A stretch of 64,000 bases of DNA from Planctomycetota bacterium. Its GTDB lineage: Bacteria; Planctomycetota; UBA1135; UBA2386. Numbering within the stretch: the first letter of the stretch is position 1; every line of letters begins with the position of its first letter. A program made the position numbers and the translations under genes. The notes beneath the pieces were generated by a model. The model was not told where the DNA came from and made no database searches. It saw only the letters and a program-made list of their open reading frames with translations. The stretch spans positions 5,408,001 through 5,472,000 of the forward strand of contig OZ245006.1 in the NCBI GenBank assembly GCA_965223545.1. Direction: 5' to 3'. Positions 44,579-53,874 of the stretch are shown here, one piece after another.

Positions 44579-46047
44579 TCGCGTTCCTCGGGAAGGGGGG
44601 CCAGGGGGCGCAACGGAGCGGTGACGTGCGTGCCGTGTACCGGTCGCCCAAGCAGAAAGTCGTGCCAGACGGTGCGGATCTCGGGCTGGATCCAGTTGAG
44701 ATCGTGGCTGGCGTTCTCGACCACCAGCAGGTGAGCGTTGGTCAAGTCCGGCAGCAGCGCGCGGGCGTTGTCCACCGGCGTACGGGCGTCGAGATCGCCG
44801 ACGATGAGGAGCACCGGGACGTCGCTGCGCAGCGGGCCGCGGAAGGCGTCGCCGAGGTCCGGTGCGCCCCACGCCGCCGCCATCCGGGCGCCGAACGGAA
44901 AGTTGATGGCATCACCCAGCAGCGTGGCGGTGGCCTCCTCGGCAATGCGCTCCGCGCGCGCCGCGGAGACACCCGACGCGCAGTCCATCATCCACAGCAT
45001 GGCGGTGCCGACGCCGCCTTCGCGCCGGTCGTGCAGGCGGCGTCGAGCGATCTCGCTGAAGTCGCCGTTCGCCATGGCGAGGACCGCGGCCGGCACCTGC
45101 GCCATTCCCCGGCTCGAACCGAGGGCGTTGGCCAGCTCCAGGCGTACGTCGAAGGCGCTGACGCCGACCTCGGTGCCGTCGATGTCGACCGTCACCGGAG
45201 CGCGCTCGAGTCGGTGCAGCACACCGCGCGTCATCTCGATGAGATCCGGAATGCGCGCCTCGTAGGCCGGGTCGCCGGCGACTCGGGCGGCGACCTGCTG
45301 CAGGGCGCGCTCGCCGAAGCGCGGCAGCTTGAACGTGTGGTCGGGTCCTTCGGGTCCGATCAACACGGCGCGCGCGATGTGTTCGCCATGCCGGCGCAGC
45401 GTTGCCATCGCCAGGTGCGAGCCGTAGCTCTGACCCCAGAGCACGATCTGCTGGTAGCCCAGGGCGCGCCGCACCGCGTCGAGGTCGTCCGCGCTCTCCA
45501 CCGTGGTGTAGCCATCGAGGTCGACGCCCTGCTTCCGCCAGCGCTCGGCTTCGCCGCGCGCGACCTCGGTCATCCTGGCCAGCATCGCGCCCCGTTCTCC
45601 CGGCGTAGCCGGCGGCAGATCCCAGCGGACGTCGGAGTCGAGCAGAGGCCGGCTCTCGCCGACGCCGCGCTGGTCGACGGCGATCAGGTCACCGCCGAGC
45701 TGGTCGACGAACCAGCGGCCGCCGCCCTGCAGATGCCGCTCCACCATGGCGATGCTGGCGCCTCCCGGGCCTCCTGCGAGCATGAACACCGGCGGTCCGA
45801 CGGACTCGAGGGTCGAACGCACCCGCAGCACCGCGAGCCGCACCGTGCCGCTGTCGGCGGCGGATCGTCGCTCCGGCACCTCGACCACGAAGCGCTCGGT
45901 CTCGATCGCGCTGCCGTCGCGCCCTTGCACCGTCCCGCGCTCCGTCGGGGTTGGCCGGCCTTCCTGGCAAACGCCGGAAGTGCTTTGAATAATTACGGAT
46001 AGGGCAATCAGGGTGGGGATCGGTGCGCGCGTGGAGTGGAGGATCAT
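44575..46047 (-). CDS. Secreted alpha/beta hydrolase (TAP-like/S33)
   Basis: LAGGPG, DQRGVG, GQSYG, GDLDARTP, NASH; start 46047 or 46065. Confidence 0.88.
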   Translation of the reverse strand: MILHSTRAPIPTLIALSVIIQSTSGVCQEGRPTPTERGTVQGRDGSAIETERFVVEVPERRSAADSGTVRLAVLRVRSTLESVGPPVFMLAGGPGGASIAMVERHLQGGGRWFVDQLGGDLIAVDQRGVGESRPLLDSDVRWDLPPATPGERGAMLARMTEVARGEAERWRKQGVDLDGYTTVESADDLDAVRRALGYQQIVLWGQSYGSHLAMATLRRHGEHIARAVLIGPEGPDHTFKLPRFGERALQQVAARVAGDPAYEARIPDLIEMTRGVLHRLERAPVTVDIDGTEVGVSAFDVRLELANALGSSRGMAQVPAAVLAMANGDFSEIARRRLHDRREGGVGTAMLWMMDCASGVSAARAERIAEEATATLLGDAINFPFGARMAAAWGAPDLGDAFRGPLRSDVPVLLIVGDLDARTPVDNARALLPDLTNAHLLVVENASHDLNWIQPEIRTVWHDFLLGRPVHGTHVTAPLRPLAPLPEERE

Positions 46048-46062
46048 CGCAGACCAGGTGGA

Positions 46063-46075
46063 CATACTCAGTATG
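46063..46075. promoter_or_regulatory. Probable PadR operator CATACT-C-AGTATG
   Basis: Perfect 6-1-6 palindrome at the head of the hydrolase-padR-ABC operon. Confidence 0.55.
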
Positions 46076-46191
46076 CATCTTTCGCCGGTGTCGACAAAAA
46101 GCGGCCCCTCGCGCCCGGATCCGGTGCGGTCGAAACGGGACGCGCGGGGAACCGGAGTCGTGGCTTCCCTCTTCCGACCTGGACCTGGCCG

Positions 46192-48846
46192 ATGATCGTT
46201 TCCCTCTCGCGCGTCGTCACCGCCGCCTCGCTCGTCCTCGCCTCGGTGTCACCCGTGGCGCAAACTCCGGGGTGGTTCGATGCCTCTGGCCGCGTCTACC
46301 CGTGCGGTAGTCAGGGGCGCGCCACGCATCGGCCCTCGGATCACGCGGTCGCCGACGTCGACGGCGACGGCGACCTCGACGTCATCCACAGCACGTGGGA
46401 CGGCTTCTTTCCCGTCGGCGTGCCGCGGGCGGCCCTGCTGCGCAACCGCGGCGACGGTACCTACGAAGCGCCCGTTTGGCTCTCGACCGGTGGCAACACC
46501 GCTTCCGTCACCGCCGCCGACGTCAATGGTGACGGTGCGGTCGACTTGGCGTTCGGCGTATCCAACACGCTCGGCAGCGGCAACCGCGTGTTGGTCCTCC
46601 TCGGCAACGGCGACGGCACGTTCGCCAACGGCGGCCGTCATGCGTGCGGCTCCGGTCCGCTCGACCTGGCGGCGGGCGACATGGACGGCGACGGCGATGT
46701 CGACCTGGTGAGCGCCAACCTCGGCGCCGACTCCGTCACCGTGCTGCTGAACGACGGTAGCGGGCAGTTCGGCGCGCGGCGCGACGCCGGTGCGGGCGGG
46801 CGGCCGCAGTCGCTCCGGTTGGGCGACCTCGATGGCGATGGCGATCTCGACGTCGCGGTCAGTGGTGGTAGCGGCGCGCCGGTGCGGGTGTTGTTCAACG
46901 AAGGCGGCGGCCAGCTGACGCTGCGCAGCACGCCGCCCGCGGCGGTGAGCGCGCTTGCCGGCATCGCCATGGGCGACGTCGATCGCGACGGAGACCTGGA
47001 TTTGGTCTGGGGTGCGGGGGCCGCGCAGGGGCTGGTGTCTTCGTTCACCCTCTGGCGCAACGACGGTGCCGGTGGGTTCGGCGCCGGCGAGCGGCTGGCG
47101 ACCGGCCTCAGCTTTCGGGGGGCCGCGGTCGACATCGCCGACATCGATGGTGATGGGTGGCCGGACATCGCTGGCTGCGCGCTGGGCAACTTCAACGACT
47201 GGTGCTACCTGCCCGGTGACGGTGCGGGTGGGTTCCTCTCGGCGCGGATGAAGGGCAGCGCCGGCGAATACAGCACGGCCTTGGTCATTGCGGACGTCGA
47301 CCGCGATGGCGACGGCGACGTGCTGATCGGCAACGAGGGCAGCAACACGCTCTCGGTGCACGAGTTCGATTCCGGTGCATTCCGCGATCCCCCGCCGACG
47401 ACGGTGGCGCAGCTGACCGTCGACTTCGACATCGCCGACCTCGACCTCGATGGCGACCTCGACATCGTGTGTGCCGATTCGACCCTGCACCGGCTCATCA
47501 ACCGCGGCGACGGCACCTTCGAGAACTTCTCGGTGGCGCTGCGCCTCGGCCGGTTTCGCTTCGTTCGGCTCCGCGACCTCGACGGCGACGGCTATCCGGA
47601 CCTGCTCATGGTGAAGAGCTCTGCCAGTCCGCCGTACGACCTCTACACCGCGATCAACGATGGCACCGGCCGCTTCGGCGCCGTCGTGCAGTGGCAGATC
47701 CGAACGTGTGGGGGGAACGACCTCGAGACCCTCGACTGGGACGGCGATGGCGACCTCGACGTGATCGTCTCGGAGACGCTGGGTTGTCTTTCGGTGCCGT
47801 TCCAGCGGCTGTTCTACCTCGAGAACAAGGGCGATGGGACGTTCGAGCCGCCGGTGACGGAAGACAACGTGCTGTATCCGATCCGCGACCGGATGGCGGC
47901 GGCCGACTTCGATCGCGACGGGAACATGGACTTTGCCACGACGGCCAGTGGTCCCGGGCTCGCCGTACACCTGGGGCGGGGTGATGGCACCTTCGTCGGT
48001 CCGACGGCGATCGCCGTGACCAAGGCGCCGGGACCGAGTTGGCTGACCACCGCCGACATGAACCGGGATGGCGACATGGACCTGGTGTTCACCTCCGCCA
48101 TGGAGGGGACCTTCGGCTTCGATTGCGAGGTCGGGGTCTTCTTGGGCAACGGCGACGGCACCTTCGTCGAGATGGAGCCGCAGTACGGGCCCTGGTCGTT
48201 GCAGTTCCTCGCCGAGTTCAGTGTCAACACCATGGACGCGGACGGCGACGGCGTTCTGGACGTGATCGCCAGTGGCATCAGCTCCTCCGAGGTGCTGGTG
48301 TTTCGGGGAACGGGCGACGGCAACTTGCAGCCGGCGCAGCGCTACGCGATGCCTGGCGATGCGTGGCGGTCGCGTGGCGCCGACATGGACGGTGACGGCC
48401 GGGACGACCTCGTCGTTCTGGTCCACGCGTTTCCTCCGATCGGCAACGGGCAGATCGTCGTCTTGTTCGGTGGCGACGGCGAGATCTGCCAGCCCGATCT
48501 CGGCTTTGCCGGGCCGGGATCGACCCGGCTCACGGTGTGTGGCCCCGCGCTGCACCCAGGCAATGCCGCCGAGTTGCTGCTGCGCGGCGCGCCGGCCAGC
48601 GCGCCGTGTGCGCTGGGGTTCGGCTTCACCGCGACACCGACTCCGATCCTCGGCGGGACCCTGGTGCCGCTTCCGCTGGCTGTGGTGCTTCCCTCGTCGA
48701 CCGATCCAGGCGGCGCGTTGCGGCTCGCCCCGATTGCGTCCGGCGCCGGGCCGTTGGACGTGTTCGTCCAAGCGGTCGTGCTCGATGCGGGTCAGCCACG
48801 AGGACTGCAGTTCTCCAACGCGGTCCGGGTCGAGTTCCTGCCCTGA
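46192..48846 (+). CDS. Secreted FG-GAP/VCBS double-propeller protein with recurrent C-terminal domain
   Basis: About 14 DxDGDGDxD-type repeats; signal peptide from ATG 46192. Confidence 0.88.
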   Translation: MIVSLSRVVTAASLVLASVSPVAQTPGWFDASGRVYPCGSQGRATHRPSDHAVADVDGDGDLDVIHSTWDGFFPVGVPRAALLRNRGDGTYEAPVWLSTGGNTASVTAADVNGDGAVDLAFGVSNTLGSGNRVLVLLGNGDGTFANGGRHACGSGPLDLAAGDMDGDGDVDLVSANLGADSVTVLLNDGSGQFGARRDAGAGGRPQSLRLGDLDGDGDLDVAVSGGSGAPVRVLFNEGGGQLTLRSTPPAAVSALAGIAMGDVDRDGDLDLVWGAGAAQGLVSSFTLWRNDGAGGFGAGERLATGLSFRGAAVDIADIDGDGWPDIAGCALGNFNDWCYLPGDGAGGFLSARMKGSAGEYSTALVIADVDRDGDGDVLIGNEGSNTLSVHEFDSGAFRDPPPTTVAQLTVDFDIADLDLDGDLDIVCADSTLHRLINRGDGTFENFSVALRLGRFRFVRLRDLDGDGYPDLLMVKSSASPPYDLYTAINDGTGRFGAVVQWQIRTCGGNDLETLDWDGDGDLDVIVSETLGCLSVPFQRLFYLENKGDGTFEPPVTEDNVLYPIRDRMAAADFDRDGNMDFATTASGPGLAVHLGRGDGTFVGPTAIAVTKAPGPSWLTTADMNRDGDMDLVFTSAMEGTFGFDCEVGVFLGNGDGTFVEMEPQYGPWSLQFLAEFSVNTMDADGDGVLDVIASGISSSEVLVFRGTGDGNLQPAQRYAMPGDAWRSRGADMDGDGRDDLVVLVHAFPPIGNGQIVVLFGGDGEICQPDLGFAGPGSTRLTVCGPALHPGNAAELLLRGAPASAPCALGFGFTATPTPILGGTLVPLPLAVVLPSSTDPGGALRLAPIASGAGPLDVFVQAVVLDAGQPRGLQFSNAVRVEFLP

Positions 48847-48865
48847 CCGCGACCGCGGGGCCGAG

Positions 48866-50527
48866 TCAGTCGGATGCCGCCGGCGGAGTGCCGTAGCGGC
48901 CGAGCAGGCTGCGCAAGTGCGCGATGCGGACCGGCTTGGTGACGACCTCGTTCATGCCGGCGGCCAGGCACTCGCGCACTTGCTCGTCGACGGCGCTGGC
49001 CGTGACCGCGATCACCGGTATCGCGGCCAGGCATCGGTCGGCGAGTGAACGGATCCGGCGGGTGGCCTCCAAGCCATCCATGCCGGGCATGTGCACGTCC
49101 ATCAGCACGACGTCGAAGGCGCCGTTCTCCAGCGCGCGCAGCGCCGCGCCGCCCTCGTCGACGATCTGCCATTCCGTCTTCAACGACGTGAGCAGGTGTT
49201 GCATCACGCGTTGGTTGACGGCGTTGTCCTCGGCCACCAGCACGCGCAGCCCCGCCGTCGGCGCGGCGGGCATGGCGCCGTCGGCAAGGGGTGGAGATGC
49301 CACCGGTAGACTCAGGTCGAACCAGAAGCGGGACCCCGCTCCCAGGGAACTGTCGACCGAGATCGTGCCGCCCATCAGCTCGACCAGGCGGCGGGTGATC
49401 GACAGCCCGAGTCCGGTGCCGCCGAAACGGCGGGTCGTCGAGTTGTCGGCTTGTCGGAAGCTCTCGAAGATCTCGTGCAGCTTGTCGGCATCGATGCCGA
49501 TGCCCTCGTCCTCGACCTCGAAGCGCACCTCGCAGCGGCTGGTGGTGCCACCGAGATGCATGGCGCGGACCAGGATCGCCCCGGCGGGAGTGAACTTGAC
49601 CGCGTTGCCGACGAGATTGGTGAGCACTTGGCGGAGTCGCGTCGGATCGCCCTTCAGCCAGTCCGGGATCCTCGGATCGACCTCGGCGCCGATGCGCGTG
49701 CCGCCGTGCAGCTGTGGGCTGAAGGACGCGACGAGAGCGCGGATCAAGCCGCTCGGCTCGAACGGCACGCTTTCCAGCTCGAGCTGGCCGGCCTCGATCT
49801 TCGAGAAGTCGAGCACATCGCCGATCACGCGCTGCAAGAGCTCGGCACTCTGCACCAGATGGTCGGTCAGCTCGCGCTGGTGTTCCCCGAGGTCGGTCTG
49901 CTGCAGGAGCTGCGCCATGCCGGCGACGCCGTTCAGCGGCGTGCGGATCTCGTGACTCATGTTGGCCAAGAACTCGCTCTTGGCCTGGCTCGCGGCTTGC
50001 GCGACGTCGACGGCCGCTTGGAGCTGCGCGGTCCGTTCGGCGACCCGCTCCTCGAGATCGTCGTTGCTTGCCTTCAGTCGCTCGGCCAGCTCGCTCGATT
50101 CGCGCAACAGGTGGTTCTTGGCCTGCAGGGCCAAGAGGTAGTCGGGCATCACGTCGTGCAGCGCGTAGCACTGCACCGTGATGCCGTTCTTGATCATCGA
50201 GGTCGCATCCCGGGCGCGCGGCGAACCGACCAGGCAGGCGATTCCGCCGTCGGCGACGTAGACCTGGTAGCGCAGGTCGATGCCCGTGGCGATCGCCCGC
50301 AGCACGACCGCCGGTTGGCTGCGCCGGGTGATGTCGTGCACCGTGCGCAGGCCGAGTGGGCGATAGATCGACAGGTGCTCGGTCAGCAGGTCGCCGCGCT
50401 CGAGGCCGGGGGCGACGAGCTGTGCCGACGTGCCGAGGTCGACCACGCGCTGCCCTTCGTCCACGCAGACGTGGAACGGAAAGGCCGCGTGCAGAAAGGC
50501 GCGGAGCTCAGGTTCGAGTGCGCCCAT
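48866..50527 (-). CDS. Hybrid histidine kinase/receiver with N-terminal HNOBA domain
   Basis: AFPFH...GSP...ALHD HNOBA; SHEIRTPLNG H-box; NAVKFT; GGTGLGL; receiver VLMDVHMP. Confidence 0.92.
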   Translation of the reverse strand: MGALEPELRAFLHAAFPFHVCVDEGQRVVDLGTSAQLVAPGLERGDLLTEHLSIYRPLGLRTVHDITRRSQPAVVLRAIATGIDLRYQVYVADGGIACLVGSPRARDATSMIKNGITVQCYALHDVMPDYLLALQAKNHLLRESSELAERLKASNDDLEERVAERTAQLQAAVDVAQAASQAKSEFLANMSHEIRTPLNGVAGMAQLLQQTDLGEHQRELTDHLVQSAELLQRVIGDVLDFSKIEAGQLELESVPFEPSGLIRALVASFSPQLHGGTRIGAEVDPRIPDWLKGDPTRLRQVLTNLVGNAVKFTPAGAILVRAMHLGGTTSRCEVRFEVEDEGIGIDADKLHEIFESFRQADNSTTRRFGGTGLGLSITRRLVELMGGTISVDSSLGAGSRFWFDLSLPVASPPLADGAMPAAPTAGLRVLVAEDNAVNQRVMQHLLTSLKTEWQIVDEGGAALRALENGAFDVVLMDVHMPGMDGLEATRRIRSLADRCLAAIPVIAVTASAVDEQVRECLAAGMNEVVTKPVRIAHLRSLLGRYGTPPAASD

Positions 50528-50564
50528 GGCTGCAGCACACCGCGAGGAAGCCGCCGGCCGCCGC

Positions 50565-51119
50565 TCAGCTCTGGCTGCCGCTCGGCAGCATCCGGATACG
50601 GAAACGGGTCTCGCCGCTGCCGTCGTCGGGCAGGTCGGTGATCTCGACTTCGGTCTCCGTCATCTTTGCAAGCCCGCGCACCATTCCCTTGGCGAGTGGG
50701 CCGAGGCCGTCGCGCTCGGACACGTAGTGCAGCGTCATCTCGTCGCCCTCGGCATCCGAGACCCAGAACGACGGCGGCTTGTAGCCGACGAACGCCTGCG
50801 ACAGCCGCACGTGCATGTCGTCCAGGCCATGCAGGATCTCGGGCAGGGTCGAGCCCGACATGCGCAGGTGGTCGGCGAACTCGGACCGCAGCGCGAAGTC
50901 GATCCAGTACTCGCCGACTTCCTCGAGGATCTGTCCCGCCTCGACGCCGGCGCGCTCGGCGGTGGCGACCACCAGCCCGACCGAATCGGAGTCGGGATAC
51001 TGCTCCATGGCCAAGAACTCGGCCGGGCTACCGGCGGCGGAGCGCACGGCGGCAGCGCCGTCGGCGCCGAACTTGTTGGTGATGTAGTCGACGATGGCTT
51101 GGTTGACGGTTCCGTACAT
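50565..51119 (-). CDS. H-NOX (heme NO-binding) domain protein
   Basis: MYGTVN start; proximal His LDDMHV; PPSF; YxSxR (YVSER). Confidence 0.93.
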   Translation of the reverse strand: MYGTVNQAIVDYITNKFGADGAAAVRSAAGSPAEFLAMEQYPDSDSVGLVVATAERAGVEAGQILEEVGEYWIDFALRSEFADHLRMSGSTLPEILHGLDDMHVRLSQAFVGYKPPSFWVSDAEGDEMTLHYVSERDGLGPLAKGMVRGLAKMTETEVEITDLPDDGSGETRFRIRMLPSGSQS

Positions 51120-51280
51120 GGGCGAGCCTCGATGGGTGCGGGCCGGCCCATTCCGGCCCGGCGTCTTCATCGGCGTGAGGCGCTCGTGAGCTGGAGGGCG
51201 GCGGCCCACGTCTGGGGGGTTCTCCGCAGGCGGCCCTGCTGAGGTAGCCTGTCGGTGTCGCGTTTCGCGGCAGTGCGGTC

Positions 51281-52183
51281 ATGCCCGAGCTTCCCGATGT
51301 CGCGGTCTATCTCGAACGGATCGAAGCCATGCTCGGTGGTCGGACCCTGCTTGGGATCGACGTGCGCACCCCGTTTCTGCTGCGCAGCGTCGAGCCGACG
51401 CCGCGGGCCTACGCCGGCGCTCGGTTGCAGGGCACCGCTCGCCTGGGCAAGCAGCTCGTCCTCGACTTCGGCGATGACCTCTTCGCCGTGCTGCACCTGA
51501 TGATCGCCGGCCGGTTGCGCTGGCGGCCGCCCGGGCGGCGTGGTCCGGGGGTCCACACGGCCGCCGCGTTCTTGTTCGAGCACGGCACCCTGTTCCTGAC
51601 CGAGGCCTCGGCGAAGAAGCGCGCGAAGCTGCATCTCGTCCGCGGCCGGCCGGGGTTGGCGCCGTTCGATCGGGGCGGGTTGGAGGTCCTGCAGGCGTCC
51701 GCGGAGGAGTTCGCCGCCGCGTTGCGCCGCGAGAACCGGACCGTCAAGCGCGCCCTGACCGACCCGCGCTTGTGCAGCGGCATCGGCAACGCCTACTCCG
51801 ACGAGATCCTGCACCGGGCGCGCTTGTCACCCCTGCGCTGGACCCGGCGGCTGACCGAGGAAGAAGTCGCCCGACTGCACATCGCGACCCGTACCACGCT
51901 CGAGCATTGGACTGATGTGTTGCGGGAGGAAGTCGGCGATGGCTTCCCTGAAAAGGTCACCGCGTTTCGGCCCGGGATGGCCGTCCATGGTCGCTACCGG
52001 CAGCCGTGTCCCGACTGCGGTCAGCCGGTCCAGCGGATCCGCTACGCCAGCAACGAGTGCAACTACTGTGCGCAGTGTCAGAACGGCGGCGTGTTGCTCG
52101 CCGACCGCGGCCTGTCGCAGCTGTTGAAGGGGGATTGGCCGCGCACGCTGGAGGAGCTCGAGGAGCGGCGCGGATCGCCCTGA
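51281..52183 (+). CDS. Fpg/Nei family DNA glycosylase (MutM-like)
   Basis: MPELP N-terminus, RLGK, HLMIAG, GIGNAYSDEIL H2TH, CPDC...CAQC zinc finger. Confidence 0.92.
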   Translation: MPELPDVAVYLERIEAMLGGRTLLGIDVRTPFLLRSVEPTPRAYAGARLQGTARLGKQLVLDFGDDLFAVLHLMIAGRLRWRPPGRRGPGVHTAAAFLFEHGTLFLTEASAKKRAKLHLVRGRPGLAPFDRGGLEVLQASAEEFAAALRRENRTVKRALTDPRLCSGIGNAYSDEILHRARLSPLRWTRRLTEEEVARLHIATRTTLEHWTDVLREEVGDGFPEKVTAFRPGMAVHGRYRQPCPDCGQPVQRIRYASNECNYCAQCQNGGVLLADRGLSQLLKGDWPRTLEELEERRGSP

Positions 52184-52269
52184 GGGTGTTCTGTCGTACT
52201 GCCACAGCGCAAACGATCCACGATCACAATCCTGCCTCCAGCCGTCATCCGGCGACGCAAGCGACTGAA

Positions 52270-52351
52270 GTGCAGAAAGGCTCCGAATAGCGCATTCGAC
52301 AGCATCACGGCGGCGGCCGGGACTGCGGTTCAAAACCGCCCCTGCGCACCA
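52270..52351 (+). other. Degenerate tRNA-like element (acceptor stem, T arm, CCA)
   Basis: GCGG-TTCAAAA-CCGC T-arm-like hairpin, then CCTGCGC-A-CCA; GTGCAG at 52270 pairs with CTGCGC; no valid anticodon arm. Confidence 0.3.
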
Positions 52352-52449
52352 TGTTGGGGAGGTGTGCCGACCCCCTCCGGGAACAGCGTCGTTCGGAAGG
52401 TTGAATCTCGAGACTCGAGTTCGGCCCCGCCTCCGGGCATCATCGGATC

Positions 52450-53385
52450 GTGGACTTCACCTTGGAGAACGAGGTACGCGCCACCGCCATGGCTTGGCTC
52501 GACGAGACCATCGCCACACACGGCGACGTCCTCGACCAAGCACTACTCAAGCGTGGATTCGAGTGTCGAGGCGAACGCGTGCAGCTTTGGGTGCAGCAGG
52601 GCATTCACAAGCCCAAGCTCCTGGACGCGGCGCTCAGCCTCCGCACCTCGTTGCAGTCGAAGTACTCAGACTTCTTCGTCGACGAAACGACCCTGATCTA
52701 CCGCTATCGGGGCACCGATCCGGCTGCCTGGGACAACCGGGCGGCGAGGCTCGCGTTCGAGAACAAGCTCCCGTTGATCTACCTGCACGCTGTCGCCAAG
52801 GCACGGTATGCCGTCGTCCATCCGGTCTTCATCGTGGCGGACGACCCAACGAGTCTTGCGTTCCGCTTGAAGGCTGATCTGGCAGAGCGACCAGGCGCTT
52901 CCGAGACCGATACGGAAGCTCTCTCCGTGGCCGAGGACCGACCCGAATATGACATGCGGGTGATTCGTCGCGACTACGGCACCCGGCTCGTCCTCACGCG
53001 CCTTCACCAGCGGGCTTTCCGAGAGCGAGTTCTCGAGGCCTACCGTCAGCAGTGCTCGATGTGCCGCCTTCGTCATCCCAGGCTTCTCGATGCCGCTCAC
53101 ATCGTCTCGGACACACACCCGGTGGGCGAGCCTGTGGTGAGCAACGGTTTGAGCCTTTGTCGCATCCACCACGCGGCGTTCGACCTCCACTACCTCGGCG
53201 TAGAGCCCGACACATGCCGCGTGCGCGTGCGGCGTGACCTCCTCGACGAGGAGGATGGCCCAATGCTCAAGCACGGGCTCCAAGCGCTCGAAGGCGTCCG
53301 GATCCAGGTCCCGCACCGGGTCGGAGATCGGCCGGATCCTCAGCTACTGGCCGTGCACTGGAGGGAGTTTTGTGACGCTGGTTGA
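52450..53385 (+). CDS. HNH endonuclease (putative restriction endonuclease, COG3440-like)
   Basis: QRAFRERVLEAY..CSMC...DAAHI...NGLSLCRIHHAAFD. Confidence 0.9.
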   Translation: MDFTLENEVRATAMAWLDETIATHGDVLDQALLKRGFECRGERVQLWVQQGIHKPKLLDAALSLRTSLQSKYSDFFVDETTLIYRYRGTDPAAWDNRAARLAFENKLPLIYLHAVAKARYAVVHPVFIVADDPTSLAFRLKADLAERPGASETDTEALSVAEDRPEYDMRVIRRDYGTRLVLTRLHQRAFRERVLEAYRQQCSMCRLRHPRLLDAAHIVSDTHPVGEPVVSNGLSLCRIHHAAFDLHYLGVEPDTCRVRVRRDLLDEEDGPMLKHGLQALEGVRIQVPHRVGDRPDPQLLAVHWREFCDAG

Positions 53386-53789
53386 GGCGACAAGGTTTTG
53401 AGCACTCCTGACTCAGCGCGGCCACGGCCGCAACCAAACTCGGATGCCGCTCTTGCTGGCACGGCTTGGAAGGTCCGACCCATCCGCCGCCGCGCTGAGC
53501 GCAGACGCCAGTGGTGCTTTCGAGCGTCCGGGAGTTACGGCATCGAAGTCCTGACGACAACCGGCCTTTGGAGATGTTGTCGCCGCGCGAAGATTTGCGG
53601 ACCCTGAGGCTCAGGTGTGGGTGCCAATTGTTTGCTTTCGCGGCTCCCTCGGCTTCGCGCTCTGACTCGTACCAGGGTTCTCGGAGGCTCCAAGCGTTGA
53701 GAAGATGGAGCGATGGGACGTCCGAGCAGGTATTCACCGAGGCCGGAGCTAAAGAGAGCGCGCTGTGCTCATCGTTGCGGAGTGCAGTG

Positions 53790-53852
53790 GGGGAGCATGA
53801 CTCGAATCCCTGCCCGCTGAAGCAACTTGTGGCGCGACTGGCGCGTCAGATA
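53790..53852 (+). pseudogene. Remnant paralogous to the 3' end of the downstream HEAT-like gene
   Basis: GEHDSNPCPLKQLVARLARQI vs GEQDWPENKLKRFVARIARQM, 11 of 21 aa identical with no gaps. Confidence 0.55.
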
Positions 53853-53874
53853 TACGTCAGGAACAGTGAGGACG

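Noticed and set aside
52320..52345. Intact tRNA-Sec or tRNA-Leu(CAA) suggested by GCGGTTCAAAACCGC
   Set aside because: No D arm or downstream T arm in the required positions; kept only as a tRNA-like remnant.
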